Numbered from the stretch's first letter, positions 28,421-39,007 are shown. The stretch: 47,516 bases of DNA from an uncultured bacterium (GCA_964449065.1 CAYVAZ010000003.1:1-47516); one strand, 5' to 3'. The notes: generated by a model from the letters alone, not told the origin. Made by a program: numbers and translations.

Positions 28421-29350
28421 ATGAAATACCGCCGGCTTGGCCATACGGATATGGAGGTTTCCACTCTCAGCCTCGGTGCCTCCCCTTTTGGCGGCGTCTT
28501 TGGGGAAATGGATGAACAGGAGTGCCTCCAAACCCTCTTTACCGCGCTGGATTCCGGCATCAACTTTATCGACGTTTCTCCTTACTACGGCAATACCCGT
28601 GCCGAGTCGGTGTTGGGCAAAGGCTTGCGACAACTCCCGCGTGAAAACTATTTTCTTGCTACCAAAGTAGGGCGCTATGGGGATGCGGAGTTCGATTTTT
28701 CAAAAAAACGCGTTACCCAAAGCATCGATGAAAGCCTAAAGCGGCTGCAAGTCGATCATATCGACCTCATCCAATGTCATGATATTGAGTTTTCTAACCT
28801 CCAGCAAATTGTACATGAAACCATCCCCGCATTGAGGAAATCCCAATCGCAAGGCAAAGCGCGTTACATCGGCTTCACCGGTTTGCCGCTCAAACTCTTT
28901 CCAGCCGTTTTAGATCAATCCAAAGTCGATACGGTTTTGTCTTATTGCCATTACACTTTGATTGATGCCTCCCTCAAGAGTTTGATCCCCTATTTGCAGC
29001 AAAAGCACGTTGGAATCATCAATGCTTCGCCCTTCGCCATGGGGCTGCTGACCGAACAAGGCCCGCCCGCCTGGCATCCCGCTCCGGATTTTTTGAAAGA
29101 GACCTGCGCGCAAACGGCCGCGTTTTTGCGGCAGCAAACTATCCCCATCGCGAAGCTGGCGCTGCAATTTTCTCTTTCCAATCCGGCGGTCCATACCACG
29201 TTGGTTGGATGCGCAAGCATCGATCAACTCTTGCAAAATCTTCGGTGGATGAACGAACCATTGAATGAAGCCGACTTGGCTGCCGCACTGCGATTGCTTA
29301 AGCCCATCAAGAACCAAACCTGGCCCAGCGGCTTGCCGGAAAACAACTAG
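28421..29350 (+). CDS. Aldo/keto reductase
   Basis: MKYRRLGHTDMEVSTLSLGASPFGG, INFIDVSPYYG and LATKVG are typical AKR motifs. Confidence 0.88.
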   Translation: MKYRRLGHTDMEVSTLSLGASPFGGVFGEMDEQECLQTLFTALDSGINFIDVSPYYGNTRAESVLGKGLRQLPRENYFLATKVGRYGDAEFDFSKKRVTQSIDESLKRLQVDHIDLIQCHDIEFSNLQQIVHETIPALRKSQSQGKARYIGFTGLPLKLFPAVLDQSKVDTVLSYCHYTLIDASLKSLIPYLQQKHVGIINASPFAMGLLTEQGPPAWHPAPDFLKETCAQTAAFLRQQTIPIAKLALQFSLSNPAVHTTLVGCASIDQLLQNLRWMNEPLNEADLAAALRLLKPIKNQTWPSGLPENN

Positions 29351-29450
29351 AGCAATTCAGAGTTACGTAGATAGAACTTCGCCCCCCTATCCCCTTTAAT
29401 AAAGGGGGTAACAAGGACTTAATCTGTCTATTCAACCTTGAAACGCTCTA
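29348..29450. repeat. MITE-like element: family 2 G/C hairpin flanked by terminal inverted repeats
   Basis: Left arm TAGAGCAATTCAGAGTT versus the reverse complement of the right arm TAGAGCGTTTCAAGGTT (13 of 17). Core GCCCCCCTATCCCCTTTAATAAAGGGGGTAACAAGG. Exactly fills the gap between convergent genes. Confidence 0.75.
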
Positions 29451-29451
29451 A

Positions 29452-29991
29452 CTACCAACCCAAACGATCACGCAACGAAGTGATATGCGCCACATGATGG
29501 CGTCCGTGCCAGGCATACATGCCGATGTTCCAATCCAACCGCGTTACTCCTGATTCGGGATGAATAAATTCCCGCTGCAATTGTTTCTTGGTTAGGGAGC
29601 GCAGCAACGCTGCCCACCGGGTATGAAGCAGCCGGATAAAATCCAATTCCTGCTCGATGGGAAAGAGGCTGTAGTCATTCAATTCCGCCCAGCGGTCTTC
29701 ATAATAGGGTTTGATTTCCGGTTTTTCTTCCGTCAGTGCCCACTTAAACCGGATCACACTGTTAATATGGCTATCCGCAATGTGATGCACGACCTGACGC
29801 ACCGTCCACCCGCCCGGCCGGTATGGGGTATCCAATTGTTCGTCATTTAATCCGTTCACCGCCCGGGCTAAATCATCCGGCAATGCGGCAATTTCATCAA
29901 TCCAGTTTTGAAGCGCTGCCGAGGAAATTGCTTCATCATGCTCATATTTCCCTACGGGGTACTGCAATGCTTCCATTGATTTTTCCTGCAT
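29452..29991 (-). CDS. DinB/YfiT family metal-dependent protein
   Basis: YPVGKY..., GGWTVRQVVHHIADSH and WHGRHHVAHI supply a YfiT-like His triad. Confidence 0.8.
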   Translation of the reverse strand: MQEKSMEALQYPVGKYEHDEAISSAALQNWIDEIAALPDDLARAVNGLNDEQLDTPYRPGGWTVRQVVHHIADSHINSVIRFKWALTEEKPEIKPYYEDRWAELNDYSLFPIEQELDFIRLLHTRWAALLRSLTKKQLQREFIHPESGVTRLDWNIGMYAWHGRHHVAHITSLRDRLGW

Positions 29992-30067
29992 AACCGATTT
30001 CCCATTCTTTTGGATTTGCTCTATTGCTTGGCCCTGTATCCGTTATAATCAACTATAATAAACCGCA

Positions 30068-31627
30068 ATGGAAAACACAATGACTCTAAAATCCGCACAG
30101 CAATTGGCGCAAGGTTTTTTATTTACCGATCAATACCAACTCGCGATGGCGCAGCTGTATTACCGCATGGGGATGCATGAGAAAACCGCCCTCTTCGAAC
30201 ACTTCTTTCGCGGCTATCCCGATTACGGCACCCACAAAGCGGGCTATTGCATCAACGCCGGTATGGAATGGTTTGCCGATTGGATGCAGGAAACCCGCTG
30301 CACCGATACCGACCTCGAACACTTGCGCGCCCACACCGGCCAAGCCGGTTCGCGTGTGTTTCAAGATGACTTTTTGGATTGGCTGAAACAAAACGGATCG
30401 TTTGACAGTGTCACCATGCACGCCACCCCCGAAGGCCGCGTGGTTCACCCCAACGTTCCCGTGACGGTTGTCAAAGCGCCCCTGGCAATCGCGCAAATTT
30501 TAGAAACCCCGCTGCTCAACCAACTCAATTTTCAAATTCTCATCGCCACCAAAGCCGCCCGCATTTCCGAAAGCGGGCGCGGCAAACTTCTGCTGGAATT
30601 CGGAATGCGCCGCGCCCACGGTTTTGGAGCCAACGCGGGGGTTCGTGCCGCTCTGATCGGCGGGGCGGATTTTTCATCCAACGTGGGGATTTCTCACGCG
30701 CTCGGGTATCCGCCCAAAGGCACCAACGCCCACAGTATGGTTCAGGCCTTTATGGCGATGGGGGAGGGCGAACTGGCCGCCTTCCAAGCCTTTGCCGATG
30801 TGTATCCCGACGACTGCATTCTATTGGTCGATACCATCAACACCCTTGAAAGCGGGATCCCCAATGCCATCAAGGTGTTCGAAAATCTCAAGAAAAAAGG
30901 CCACAACCCCGTGGGCATCCGGCTGGATTCCGGCGACCTGGCCTACCTCAGCATCCAGGCGGCAATCATGCTGGATCAAGCCGGTTTTCCGGAAACCAAA
31001 ATCGTTCTCTCCAACCAATTGGATGAACTCACCATCCTCCAAATCCTGGCACAGATTCAGCAAGAATCCATTGAATACGGTATCGATGCCGACCGGCTGA
31101 TCGACCGCTTGGTCTATGGTGTCGGCTCACGCCTGATCACCTCGCAAGGAAACTCATCGCTGGATGGGGTATACAAGCTGGTCGCGATTCATGAAAACCA
31201 ATGGGTTCCCGCCATCAAAATTTCCGAAACCGCCGAAAAAACCCTGAATCCCGGCGAAAAATCGGTCTGGCGGTTATATGACAACCGCGGGTTGGCAACT
31301 GCCGATTTTATCAGTACAAGCACAGAGGATGTTCTCAATGCGGATACGCTTCGTCTGCGTCACCCGATAGAGAGCTCGAAATACCGTGTGATTGAACAAT
31401 CGCAACTCTCCAAAATCGAACCGTTGTTGGTGGATATCTTTCAAGACGGCAAACGGGTCTATGATTTCCCCACGCTGGACGAATGCCGCGCGCTCCGCAA
31501 AGCCGATGTGCAAAAACTCGACCCCGGTGTCAAACGGATTATCAATCCGCACATTTACCACGTCTCTCTTTCTCAACATCTTTGGGAACTGAAAAACAAC
31601 CTGATCGAAGAAGCCAAACAAGGATAA
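30068..31627 (+). CDS. pncB: Nicotinate phosphoribosyltransferase
   Basis: [20 protein letters not shown] and GTNAHS motifs. Length is typical of the long NAPRTase subfamily. Confidence 0.88.
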   Translation: MENTMTLKSAQQLAQGFLFTDQYQLAMAQLYYRMGMHEKTALFEHFFRGYPDYGTHKAGYCINAGMEWFADWMQETRCTDTDLEHLRAHTGQAGSRVFQDDFLDWLKQNGSFDSVTMHATPEGRVVHPNVPVTVVKAPLAIAQILETPLLNQLNFQILIATKAARISESGRGKLLLEFGMRRAHGFGANAGVRAALIGGADFSSNVGISHALGYPPKGTNAHSMVQAFMAMGEGELAAFQAFADVYPDDCILLVDTINTLESGIPNAIKVFENLKKKGHNPVGIRLDSGDLAYLSIQAAIMLDQAGFPETKIVLSNQLDELTILQILAQIQQESIEYGIDADRLIDRLVYGVGSRLITSQGNSSLDGVYKLVAIHENQWVPAIKISETAEKTLNPGEKSVWRLYDNRGLATADFISTSTEDVLNADTLRLRHPIESSKYRVIEQSQLSKIEPLLVDIFQDGKRVYDFPTLDECRALRKADVQKLDPGVKRIINPHIYHVSLSQHLWELKNNLIEEAKQG

Positions 31628-31703
31628 CCCATAACAACACGCCACCCCATGACCGCAAATAACGTCATGGGTGAAAAAGATCGGTTTTGACTCGAACAAA
31701 ACA

Positions 31704-31756
31704 GTACCGTTTCCAGCTGGGATTGCAGAGTAAGCGGTTTGCTTTCTGAACAACCC
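31704..31756 (+). repeat. Family 3 interspersed repeat, copy C (short form lacking the internal insert)
   Basis: AGTACCGTTTCCAGCTGGGATTGCAGAGTAAGCGGTTTGCTTTCTGAACAACCC. Folds as GGGATTG/CAACCC plus CAGA..AAGC/GCTT.TCTG. Confidence 0.7.
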
Positions 31757-31961
31757 TACATAAATTTGTGGTCGATGCATCCGTGATGAAATTGCCCGGA
31801 TGAAGAACTTTTGCATGAGATTGCGTTTTAAGAGGTAATGAAGCCTGGATTATTCAAGATATGTTGATACAGTATGACCAGATTGAAATCCTTTTCCGGT
31901 TTCGATGCCATATTAAAACATACAGCAATGCTGTTGTTAAACAGAAAATGGAGTATTGAAA

Positions 31962-32165
31962 ATGCCTACAGGTACAGTCAAATGGTTTAATGAAAAAAAA
32001 GGGTATGGATTTATCGAACAAGAGGATGGAAAAGATGTTTTTGTCCATCATCAAGATATTCAAGGAGAAGGATTTAAAAACCTATACGAAAATCAAAAAG
32101 TGGAATTCGATATTGAGCAAGGCGAAAAAGGCCCCAAAGCCACAAATGTTATCGTATCGGGATAA
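31962..32165 (+). CDS. Cold-shock protein (CspA family)
   Basis: [18 protein letters not shown] ... DVFVHH carries the RNP1/RNP2 motifs. ATG 31962 lies nine nt after GGAG. Confidence 0.95.
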   Translation: MPTGTVKWFNEKKGYGFIEQEDGKDVFVHHQDIQGEGFKNLYENQKVEFDIEQGEKGPKATNVIVSG

Positions 32166-32404
32166 TTTGTTTGTTCGTGAATCGGATCAAATAAAATACA
32201 TTGCGGTTTGCTGGAATCATATCTTTCGCTGTACGGGTCGCCTTCATCTCTTACTCTCTCCAAGGGCTACTCTCCATACACAACTCAGACGAAGGAATAA
32301 TATCCAGGAAGTATCGGTTTCCATCTGGTGCGTCAAGGTAGACAAACCAGTTGAAAGCCGATACACAATTGCGCGTTTAATCCTCTACACAAACCGGAAC
32401 GGCT

Positions 32405-33025
32405 CTAGAATCCCCGCAAAACAGCACGGCATGGGCTGCCATCCCCATGTTGGATTTTGAGAGGAAGGACGATCAACTCATATCTTCCCGGATTCACTTC
32501 ACGCAGGTCAAGGCCTTCCACTATGATAACCCCGTTGCCGCAAAGAGTATGATGAACCGGATGCCCGGGATTATTGAACGCTTCGATTGAAAAGTAATCG
32601 ATCCCTACCAGTTTAACGTTTGCTTCCACCAACAGCTTTGCCGCTTCGTCACTGAGGGCGGTAAAATCCTCACGAAAGATTCCATCGGCAATGTATTGAG
32701 TATTGTGGGTTTTGAAGATAATGCGTTTTATGCCGTCAAGATGAGGAAGATCATCCGGCATGATGAGCGGGGCGCTGGAGACTTCATGAACCAATGCGGG
32801 ACCAATCAAAGTTTCAATCGATAACTGTTCCAGCGTGATTCCATCATGCTCAAAGTGAAAGGGCGCGTCCAGATGCGTGCCGAAATGGGAACTCAGTTCC
32901 AAGCGGGAGACATTGCATTCGTCACCCCTTGCGGTTGAACTCGCCAACGCGTGCGTAAACGGCATATCCCCCGGCCACGGCGGATGGTTGGGATGCAGCG
33001 GCAATGTCAGGTCCCAAAACCGCAT
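32405..33025 (-). CDS. Cyclase family protein (kynurenine formamidase-like)
   Basis: HFGTHLDAPFHF motif. The start overlaps the S41 stop by 1 nt (TAATG). Confidence 0.82.
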   Translation of the reverse strand: MRFWDLTLPLHPNHPPWPGDMPFTHALASSTARGDECNVSRLELSSHFGTHLDAPFHFEHDGITLEQLSIETLIGPALVHEVSSAPLIMPDDLPHLDGIKRIIFKTHNTQYIADGIFREDFTALSDEAAKLLVEANVKLVGIDYFSIEAFNNPGHPVHHTLCGNGVIIVEGLDLREVNPGRYELIVLPLKIQHGDGSPCRAVLRGF

Positions 33026-34542
33026 TACCCTTTATCCACCACCGCTTCACCGCTTTTCTTGCTGGTATCCACAATCGTTTCACCGCGCAAAAATTCATAA
33101 GCGGTTTTCAATTGCCGGTCGCCGTCAAACAAACGTTCCAAACGGGGGACATGATCGTAGTCTTTGTCTTCCAAATCTTCGGCTTGTTCTTCGGTTAAGC
33201 GCGCGACTTCCATATCGGGTTCAATGCCTTCTTCATGAATGCATACACCGGATGGCGTGTAATATTTTGAAACCGTTAACCGCAAGGCCGCCCCTCCGCT
33301 TAGAGGGATCACTTGCTGAACGGAACCTTTCCCAAAACTGGTTTCGCCGATGACGGTAGCGCGATTTTGGTCTTTCAAGGCGCCGGTCACTACTTCGGAC
33401 GCGCTAGCCGACCATTTGTGCAATAACACCACCATAGGCATATCCGTAAATTCTTCGTCGGTTCCTTGGTCGTAGAAATATTCGTCCGAAACCGTCCGGC
33501 CTGCGGTGTAGGTGATGAGATCTCCTTCTTTCAAGAAGATATCCGCGATCTCAACCGCTTGATCCAGATAACCACCCGGATTCCAGCGCAGATCGAAAAT
33601 AATCTTATCCACACCGGCTAGGCGCATTTCACGCAAATGTTCCAACACATCTTCGGCAGCGTTCTCATAGAAACTGTACAGATGAATCCAGCCAATATCC
33701 CCTTTGTCGTCATCCAATATTTCTTTGAAAATGAGTTGATTTGGATTGATCGGCTGCCGCGTTAGTTTGAGCCGAACCGGCTCGGGAGAGGTGCGTTTTT
33801 TGATCAGAAGTTCGACCGCGGTATCTTTTTTCCCTTTGATCATCTCCACGGCTTGCTCTAACTTTTCGCGAAAATTGCCCTCCAAATCCTTGAGCATTGT
33901 ATTGCTCACTCCGATGATAATATCGCCCGATTCAATGTGATGTTCGGCGGCCGGGGTGTCGGGCAACGGATTGATGACCAATACCCCTTGGTCGCCTTCC
34001 GTATCCCAATCGACATTAATGCCCACGCCATAAAACACATCTTGTTCCCGCGGTTTGCCGGATAGCGACTGCTGCAAATCTTCATTCTGTTTGGGCGGTA
34101 GGTACGCGCTGAAGGGATCGTTTAATCCTTCCACCAACCCGCTGATCGCGTTGTCCCATAACTTGGATACCGATGGCGTGGCATCATCCGGACGCTCTCG
34201 TACATTGTGCGTAATCGAATCTTCAATTTTGGACATGTAAAATTCGCTCAATTCACGCGAGGACATCTCAATATCCGGTTCCGATACAAGTTGCGCATTC
34301 GTAACCGGCAAAATCATCGCCAAACTCTTCCAAGCGCTTTTGTGCAGCGCCGCGTCATCGGTTTCGGATTCGTACCGTTTCTGGATCAGTTGATACGAGC
34401 GCAAATAATTTTTGTAGCCGGATGCGTATTGACGGGTTACGGATGCATCGCCCCAACCGGAAACAACTGGAACCAGCAGCAATGTGCTGACAACAATCAG
34501 TAAACTCCAAGAAAACAACCAGCGCATCTTCAAACCATTCAT
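33025..34542 (-). CDS. S41 family C-terminal processing peptidase
   Basis: N-terminal membrane anchor or signal, LRWNPGGYL, and the catalytic region SASASEVVTGALKD. Confidence 0.88.
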   Translation of the reverse strand: MNGLKMRWLFSWSLLIVVSTLLLVPVVSGWGDASVTRQYASGYKNYLRSYQLIQKRYESETDDAALHKSAWKSLAMILPVTNAQLVSEPDIEMSSRELSEFYMSKIEDSITHNVRERPDDATPSVSKLWDNAISGLVEGLNDPFSAYLPPKQNEDLQQSLSGKPREQDVFYGVGINVDWDTEGDQGVLVINPLPDTPAAEHHIESGDIIIGVSNTMLKDLEGNFREKLEQAVEMIKGKKDTAVELLIKKRTSPEPVRLKLTRQPINPNQLIFKEILDDDKGDIGWIHLYSFYENAAEDVLEHLREMRLAGVDKIIFDLRWNPGGYLDQAVEIADIFLKEGDLITYTAGRTVSDEYFYDQGTDEEFTDMPMVVLLHKWSASASEVVTGALKDQNRATVIGETSFGKGSVQQVIPLSGGAALRLTVSKYYTPSGVCIHEEGIEPDMEVARLTEEQAEDLEDKDYDHVPRLERLFDGDRQLKTAYEFLRGETIVDTSKKSGEAVVDKG

Positions 34543-34663
34543 ATTCTAATCTCCCTGTCATGCCGTTGACATTTATTGTATGCAGAATTAACCGGAATGG
34601 AAGATAAAATTGTCCCCGGCAATTCGAATTACGATTTCGCGGTGCGGCTGTAACGCTTCGATG

Positions 34664-37213
34664 TTACAATACCGGATTGGATAGCCATGCGGCTTCAAAC
34701 GGAATTCTCCCCACCTCCGCCGTTGCGTTCAGGATTTGCTGCAATTTCTTCAAGGGTACCCCTTTTGCTAAACCATAGCACGAATGCGCGAACGAGTCTT
34801 GTGCATCGCCGGCAAGCCAGGCGGTAACGGCAGCGTAGTAGTGCAGCCGTCCCGAATCTTTAAGATTCTCATAGGCCAAAAGGTCTTGCATCATTTTGTG
34901 AGCATCGAAATAGTGCCGGCTATTCAATTTGGGAATCAGCACTTTGATCGTTTCGTTCATCACAATTTCATCCCGCTGCGAGTGCGCGGTGCCCACCAGC
35001 ATGCGTTCGGCCATATCCAGACGGTTGATTCGAACATAATGACTCACCACACGCTGATACAGTTTTTCGTTGCTTGGTGTTACAGCCAAAGCCAGGTTGT
35101 AGATCATGCTGGCGCGTTCAATGTTCTTTTCCTGCGTGGCGCTTTCGACGGCCGGGTAGACCCCTTCTTCTATCAATCCGGGATAGCGTAACTCCATTTC
35201 AGCCAAAATATTGATGGCCTTTTTTTGATCTCCGGTTTGGCCCAAAAAGGATGTGTAGTTAAACCATCCTTGATAAAAAGTGGGCATGATGGACACAGCC
35301 CGTTGAAAGTTGTTCAGCGCTTGTTCTTTGTATTCCGGGTCGTTCTCCATTTCCCACAAGGCACGGTAGGCACGCCCCAGGTGGGTAAAGGTGTCATAAA
35401 AGACGTAGCTATCCAACGATTTCTGAAAGTATTGGATCGATGTTTGAATAATCTCCGGGTCGTTCTCGCTGATGCCTTTGCCTAAAATTTCAATCCCATA
35501 GTTATATAGTTTAGAGCCCCGGTTGGGCAAATAATTGAAAGACATTCCCAAATGCTTTAAGCCCTCATCGTAATACCAGTTGTAGTTGTACAACTCTTCC
35601 TGGTACGTATCGTTATCTCCTCTTGCCAAAGCTTGGTACGCTTGATCCATTGAAGAATAGGCCCCGGCCAAATAAGTATCTTTCTGACGGGCGGTAAAAT
35701 CCCCTTTGGTAAACACGCCGACAGGATACAAAAGAATACCACTCAAAATGAGCACAAGCGCGCTCATGCCCCACCGGGCTGCATTGACGGGAGATTGAAA
35801 CATGGCCGGTTTCCATAGCATGATTTTGGGCTGAGAAAGGCACGCAAACAAAGCTAAATTGGCCAAAAACAAACACGCATTCGGCGCGACATAAAACGGA
35901 AAGGCAAACGCGGTTTGCACCAACGTTGCGATGGTGCAGGCGGCGGCGGTGACGGCCAGCATAGACGGTTTGGCTTGCCGGAATAATTGCCCGATGAACC
36001 GGAAGTGAATCACAAACAGCCAAAGCATGATGATTAAGCCGGGCAAACCGAGTTCCGCAATGAGTTGAAAGTAGTCGTTGTGTGCTTTTTCGGTATGCCT
36101 GCCGATTTCCGGGAGGCCGATGCCGGTATCCGGATGCGTGCCAAACCAGGATTCTTGGTAATAAGGGTATTGGTGGGACCAGGCACCGAACCCGATTCCG
36201 GTCAAAGGATTTTTGTAAAACATATATAGCGAAAGCAGCCAGACGCGGGGATAGGTTCCGGAAAGGAGTTCGTCCACCGAAGTGCCGAAGCGGGCGAAAA
36301 CGCTATCCACTTGCCCTCCGGCAACGGTATTGATGAGAAAAACCGCCGCTATCAATACCACCACCACTCCGCCCAAACCGTATAAGAGCGGTTTTACGGC
36401 AGCGCTCATGGAAAATGCGTTCTGTGTTTTGGTTTTGAATTGTTTGTAAAAACCATACGCCATAAGAAAAATCGCGGGGGGGATCATCAAAAAAGCGCTG
36501 CGGCTGCCGCCATACAAAATGCATAAAAAAGATAGGCAAAGCAAAACAGAATAAGCGATCCACCAATTGGATTTCCAGGACCGGTAGAGCATGTAAACCG
36601 CAAGGATAGACACAATCACCAAATAAGCGGTGCTGTGGTTGTTGTGCCCCAAAAAAGACCCCAAAAACTGGCGGTCGTATGACCCTGATGTAAGAGTGAG
36701 GATTTTCCAATCAAAAAATTTAATGCTGCCGACTTCGGCCTCTTTGGTCAGGTGATACCAGAGCTGGCGCAGGCATCCCAATAAAACAATCGAACCCGTC
36801 ACGATGACCGTTTGCAAAAAATGGCGTTGAAAGCGTTTGGTTTGAAACAGCGTGACCCATAACGGAAAAGCAAGAAGGATGGTAAAAAAGGTATAAAAAT
36901 ACCAGAGTGCCATGGCATCCGGCGATGTAAACGCGCGAATACACGCCCAAAACGCCAAGAGTGCTGCTGGAATGTAATAGGGGCTCCAACCGATAGTGAT
37001 GGCGCGGGAAAAAAAGCAGTGGATCAGGTACAAACTCCAGGCAATAGCGGTAAATCCCTGCGCCATCAAGAACTTATTGATCAACGGATTGGTAAAATAG
37101 CCGTTAAAGATGATGGCGGTGGCAAAAAGTTGCGCCAACAATGTAAATTCCGCCGACAGCAGCAATAAATCCGCGAACGGCGATGGAGGAAGTTGTCTGT
37201 TTTTTTTCGCCAT
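34664..37213 (-). CDS. O-antigen ligase (Wzy_C) family membrane protein with C-terminal TPR domain
   Basis: More than 10 TM segments. Wzy_C-type loop HTEKAHNDYFQLIAELGLPGL. C-terminal ~330 aa of TPR-like repeats. Confidence 0.75.
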   Translation of the reverse strand: MAKKNRQLPPSPFADLLLLSAEFTLLAQLFATAIIFNGYFTNPLINKFLMAQGFTAIAWSLYLIHCFFSRAITIGWSPYYIPAALLAFWACIRAFTSPDAMALWYFYTFFTILLAFPLWVTLFQTKRFQRHFLQTVIVTGSIVLLGCLRQLWYHLTKEAEVGSIKFFDWKILTLTSGSYDRQFLGSFLGHNNHSTAYLVIVSILAVYMLYRSWKSNWWIAYSVLLCLSFLCILYGGSRSAFLMIPPAIFLMAYGFYKQFKTKTQNAFSMSAAVKPLLYGLGGVVVVLIAAVFLINTVAGGQVDSVFARFGTSVDELLSGTYPRVWLLSLYMFYKNPLTGIGFGAWSHQYPYYQESWFGTHPDTGIGLPEIGRHTEKAHNDYFQLIAELGLPGLIIMLWLFVIHFRFIGQLFRQAKPSMLAVTAAACTIATLVQTAFAFPFYVAPNACLFLANLALFACLSQPKIMLWKPAMFQSPVNAARWGMSALVLILSGILLYPVGVFTKGDFTARQKDTYLAGAYSSMDQAYQALARGDNDTYQEELYNYNWYYDEGLKHLGMSFNYLPNRGSKLYNYGIEILGKGISENDPEIIQTSIQYFQKSLDSYVFYDTFTHLGRAYRALWEMENDPEYKEQALNNFQRAVSIMPTFYQGWFNYTSFLGQTGDQKKAINILAEMELRYPGLIEEGVYPAVESATQEKNIERASMIYNLALAVTPSNEKLYQRVVSHYVRINRLDMAERMLVGTAHSQRDEIVMNETIKVLIPKLNSRHYFDAHKMMQDLLAYENLKDSGRLHYYAAVTAWLAGDAQDSFAHSCYGLAKGVPLKKLQQILNATAEVGRIPFEAAWLSNPVL

Positions 37214-37219
37214 GATTGT

Positions 37220-38941
37220 TTATTCAATATCGCCTTGATACAAAGGCAGCCTCACCGTAAATGTCGTCCCCGCACCGACTTTACTGGCCGCATCGATGCT
37301 GCCGCCGATGGAGGTGACGATTTGATGCACAATATACAGCCCCAATCCCGTTCCTGAAGCTTTTTTGGTGAAAAACGGATCGAATATCCGGTTCAGTTCC
37401 TGGCTGGATATGCCGCAGCCTTCATCGGTTACATCCACAATCGCGTCTGCGCCGCGAATATTCAGCATCACTCTTACGCTGAATCCTTCCGGAGATTCAT
37501 CCATGCTTTGCAGGGCGTTCAACAATAAGTTGACGAAAACCGCGGAAATCTGCCCTTCATTCGCATAAATGTACGCCGGTGCTTCGGGAAAGGTTTGCTC
37601 AATTTCCCGCGTGCCTGCCTGATAGCGTACCATAGAAATCGCATGATCTAAAATGGCGCGAAGATCATGGATTCCGGGCGTATCACGTTTGGGCGATGCC
37701 AGCGACAGCAAACGGTCGATGAGGTTTTGGCAGCGAATCGCTTCGGATTCAATCAACTCATATTCGGTTTTGTTGGGGTCGTCACTGGCGGCTTTTTGCC
37801 GCATGTAATCCGCACAAGAACGAATCACGCCCAGCGGATTGCCGATTTCGTGCGCCAAACCGGCCGCGATTTGACCGGCGATGGCCAATCGGTCAGAGCG
37901 CATGATGCCAAGTTGGGTTCCCGCTTCAGGGTTGGCTTCTTGAATTAGGGCGATGCAGTACCGGTTATTTCCCCGGTAAAAAAAAGAGGGATAAATTTTC
38001 ACCGGCAATTCACGCGCGTCATCCGGGACAGTGATGGGATCGTCAACCGGATTTTCGGCATGAAAACGCAGCAACAAAGCATTGCGCACCGCCTCGGTTT
38101 GCGGCGGCCATACGGGGTCCGATTCCAAAGGCAAATCCAAGTACTCATAGGCTCCATCAGAAGCAACCAACACTTCCCCCCGTTCGTTGGCCAGAAAAAA
38201 ATCGGCGGGAAAATGATGCAGCACGTCCATACAGAGCTGGATGCGGTTTTCTTCTTGGCGCAGCGCTTCATGAATGCGGTCAATCCAAGTGCGCAGCATT
38301 CGCAATCCCAGCCATAAAAAAAGCATCCCGGACAGGATAATGAGTAATTCGCCCTCGGGAATGCGAACGTATTCCGTCAGAGTGAGATAATTTTGCAGGG
38401 AGAGGAAGATCAGAATCAATATCGCGAAGGTGAAAATACTATCAATAAACCAATGGGTGAAATGACGGATGTACACCGCCAGCAGGGGAAACGAGAGCGG
38501 CAGCAGCAGAATGTTCCACAACAAGTTGCCCCAGGTAGGATTAAACGATAGATAAAAAATATACAAAACATCTATCGAATACGATATCATAGTGATGAGC
38601 TGCGCGGAAAAGAAAAAACGCCGGTCTGTGGCGTCGTCCGCAATGCGGTTGTGGGCGATCCACAAAACGATAATGAGCAGCAGAGAGAGAGAAATATAGA
38701 GGATCGTGGCGGTGTTAGGGCCATAGATGTTGACACGGGCGGTTTCGTTTTGCGACAACAGCCACTGATAGGCTACGGATGTCGGGATGAGAAACCACTT
38801 GTTGACCAACAGCAAATTGAAGATGAGGGCATCGCGCTCATCCTGTTCATGATACCCATAATCGAATATCCCGTTGGTTTGCCCCCCGGATGAAGCGGTC
38901 AAATCAAAATCGTGTTTGGGCTGGTTGGCCGGTGAATCCAT
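37220..38941 (-). CDS. Sensor histidine kinase with multi-TM N-terminal sensor
   Basis: H-box AAGLAHEIGNPL, N-box NLLLNALQS, G-boxes DEGCGI and GTGLGLYIV. Its stop lies 6 nt upstream of the O-antigen-ligase/TPR gene start. Confidence 0.88.
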   Translation of the reverse strand: MDSPANQPKHDFDLTASSGGQTNGIFDYGYHEQDERDALIFNLLLVNKWFLIPTSVAYQWLLSQNETARVNIYGPNTATILYISLSLLLIIVLWIAHNRIADDATDRRFFFSAQLITMISYSIDVLYIFYLSFNPTWGNLLWNILLLPLSFPLLAVYIRHFTHWFIDSIFTFAILILIFLSLQNYLTLTEYVRIPEGELLIILSGMLFLWLGLRMLRTWIDRIHEALRQEENRIQLCMDVLHHFPADFFLANERGEVLVASDGAYEYLDLPLESDPVWPPQTEAVRNALLLRFHAENPVDDPITVPDDARELPVKIYPSFFYRGNNRYCIALIQEANPEAGTQLGIMRSDRLAIAGQIAAGLAHEIGNPLGVIRSCADYMRQKAASDDPNKTEYELIESEAIRCQNLIDRLLSLASPKRDTPGIHDLRAILDHAISMVRYQAGTREIEQTFPEAPAYIYANEGQISAVFVNLLLNALQSMDESPEGFSVRVMLNIRGADAIVDVTDEGCGISSQELNRIFDPFFTKKASGTGLGLYIVHQIVTSIGGSIDAASKVGAGTTFTVRLPLYQGDIE

Positions 38942-39007
38942 TACTAGTAGTCTTTCAACAATGAAATGATGGTAGGTAAATTTATTCTCTTATTGTTAAG
39001 GAGTCTG

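Noticed and set aside
31274-31816. 180-aa minus-strand ORF overlapping the pncB 3' end and the family 3 repeat.
   Set aside because: It overlaps a well-supported gene. Its N-terminal part is the reverse translation of repeat copy C (the recurrent GLFRK artefact), and it has no start context.
32166-32404. 239-nt convergent gap after csp, with a stretch (about 32307-32345) resembling the 5' module of family 3.
   Set aside because: The alignment needs several gaps and the characteristic GGATTG/CAATCC stem is missing. It is too weak to call as a repeat copy or an RNA.
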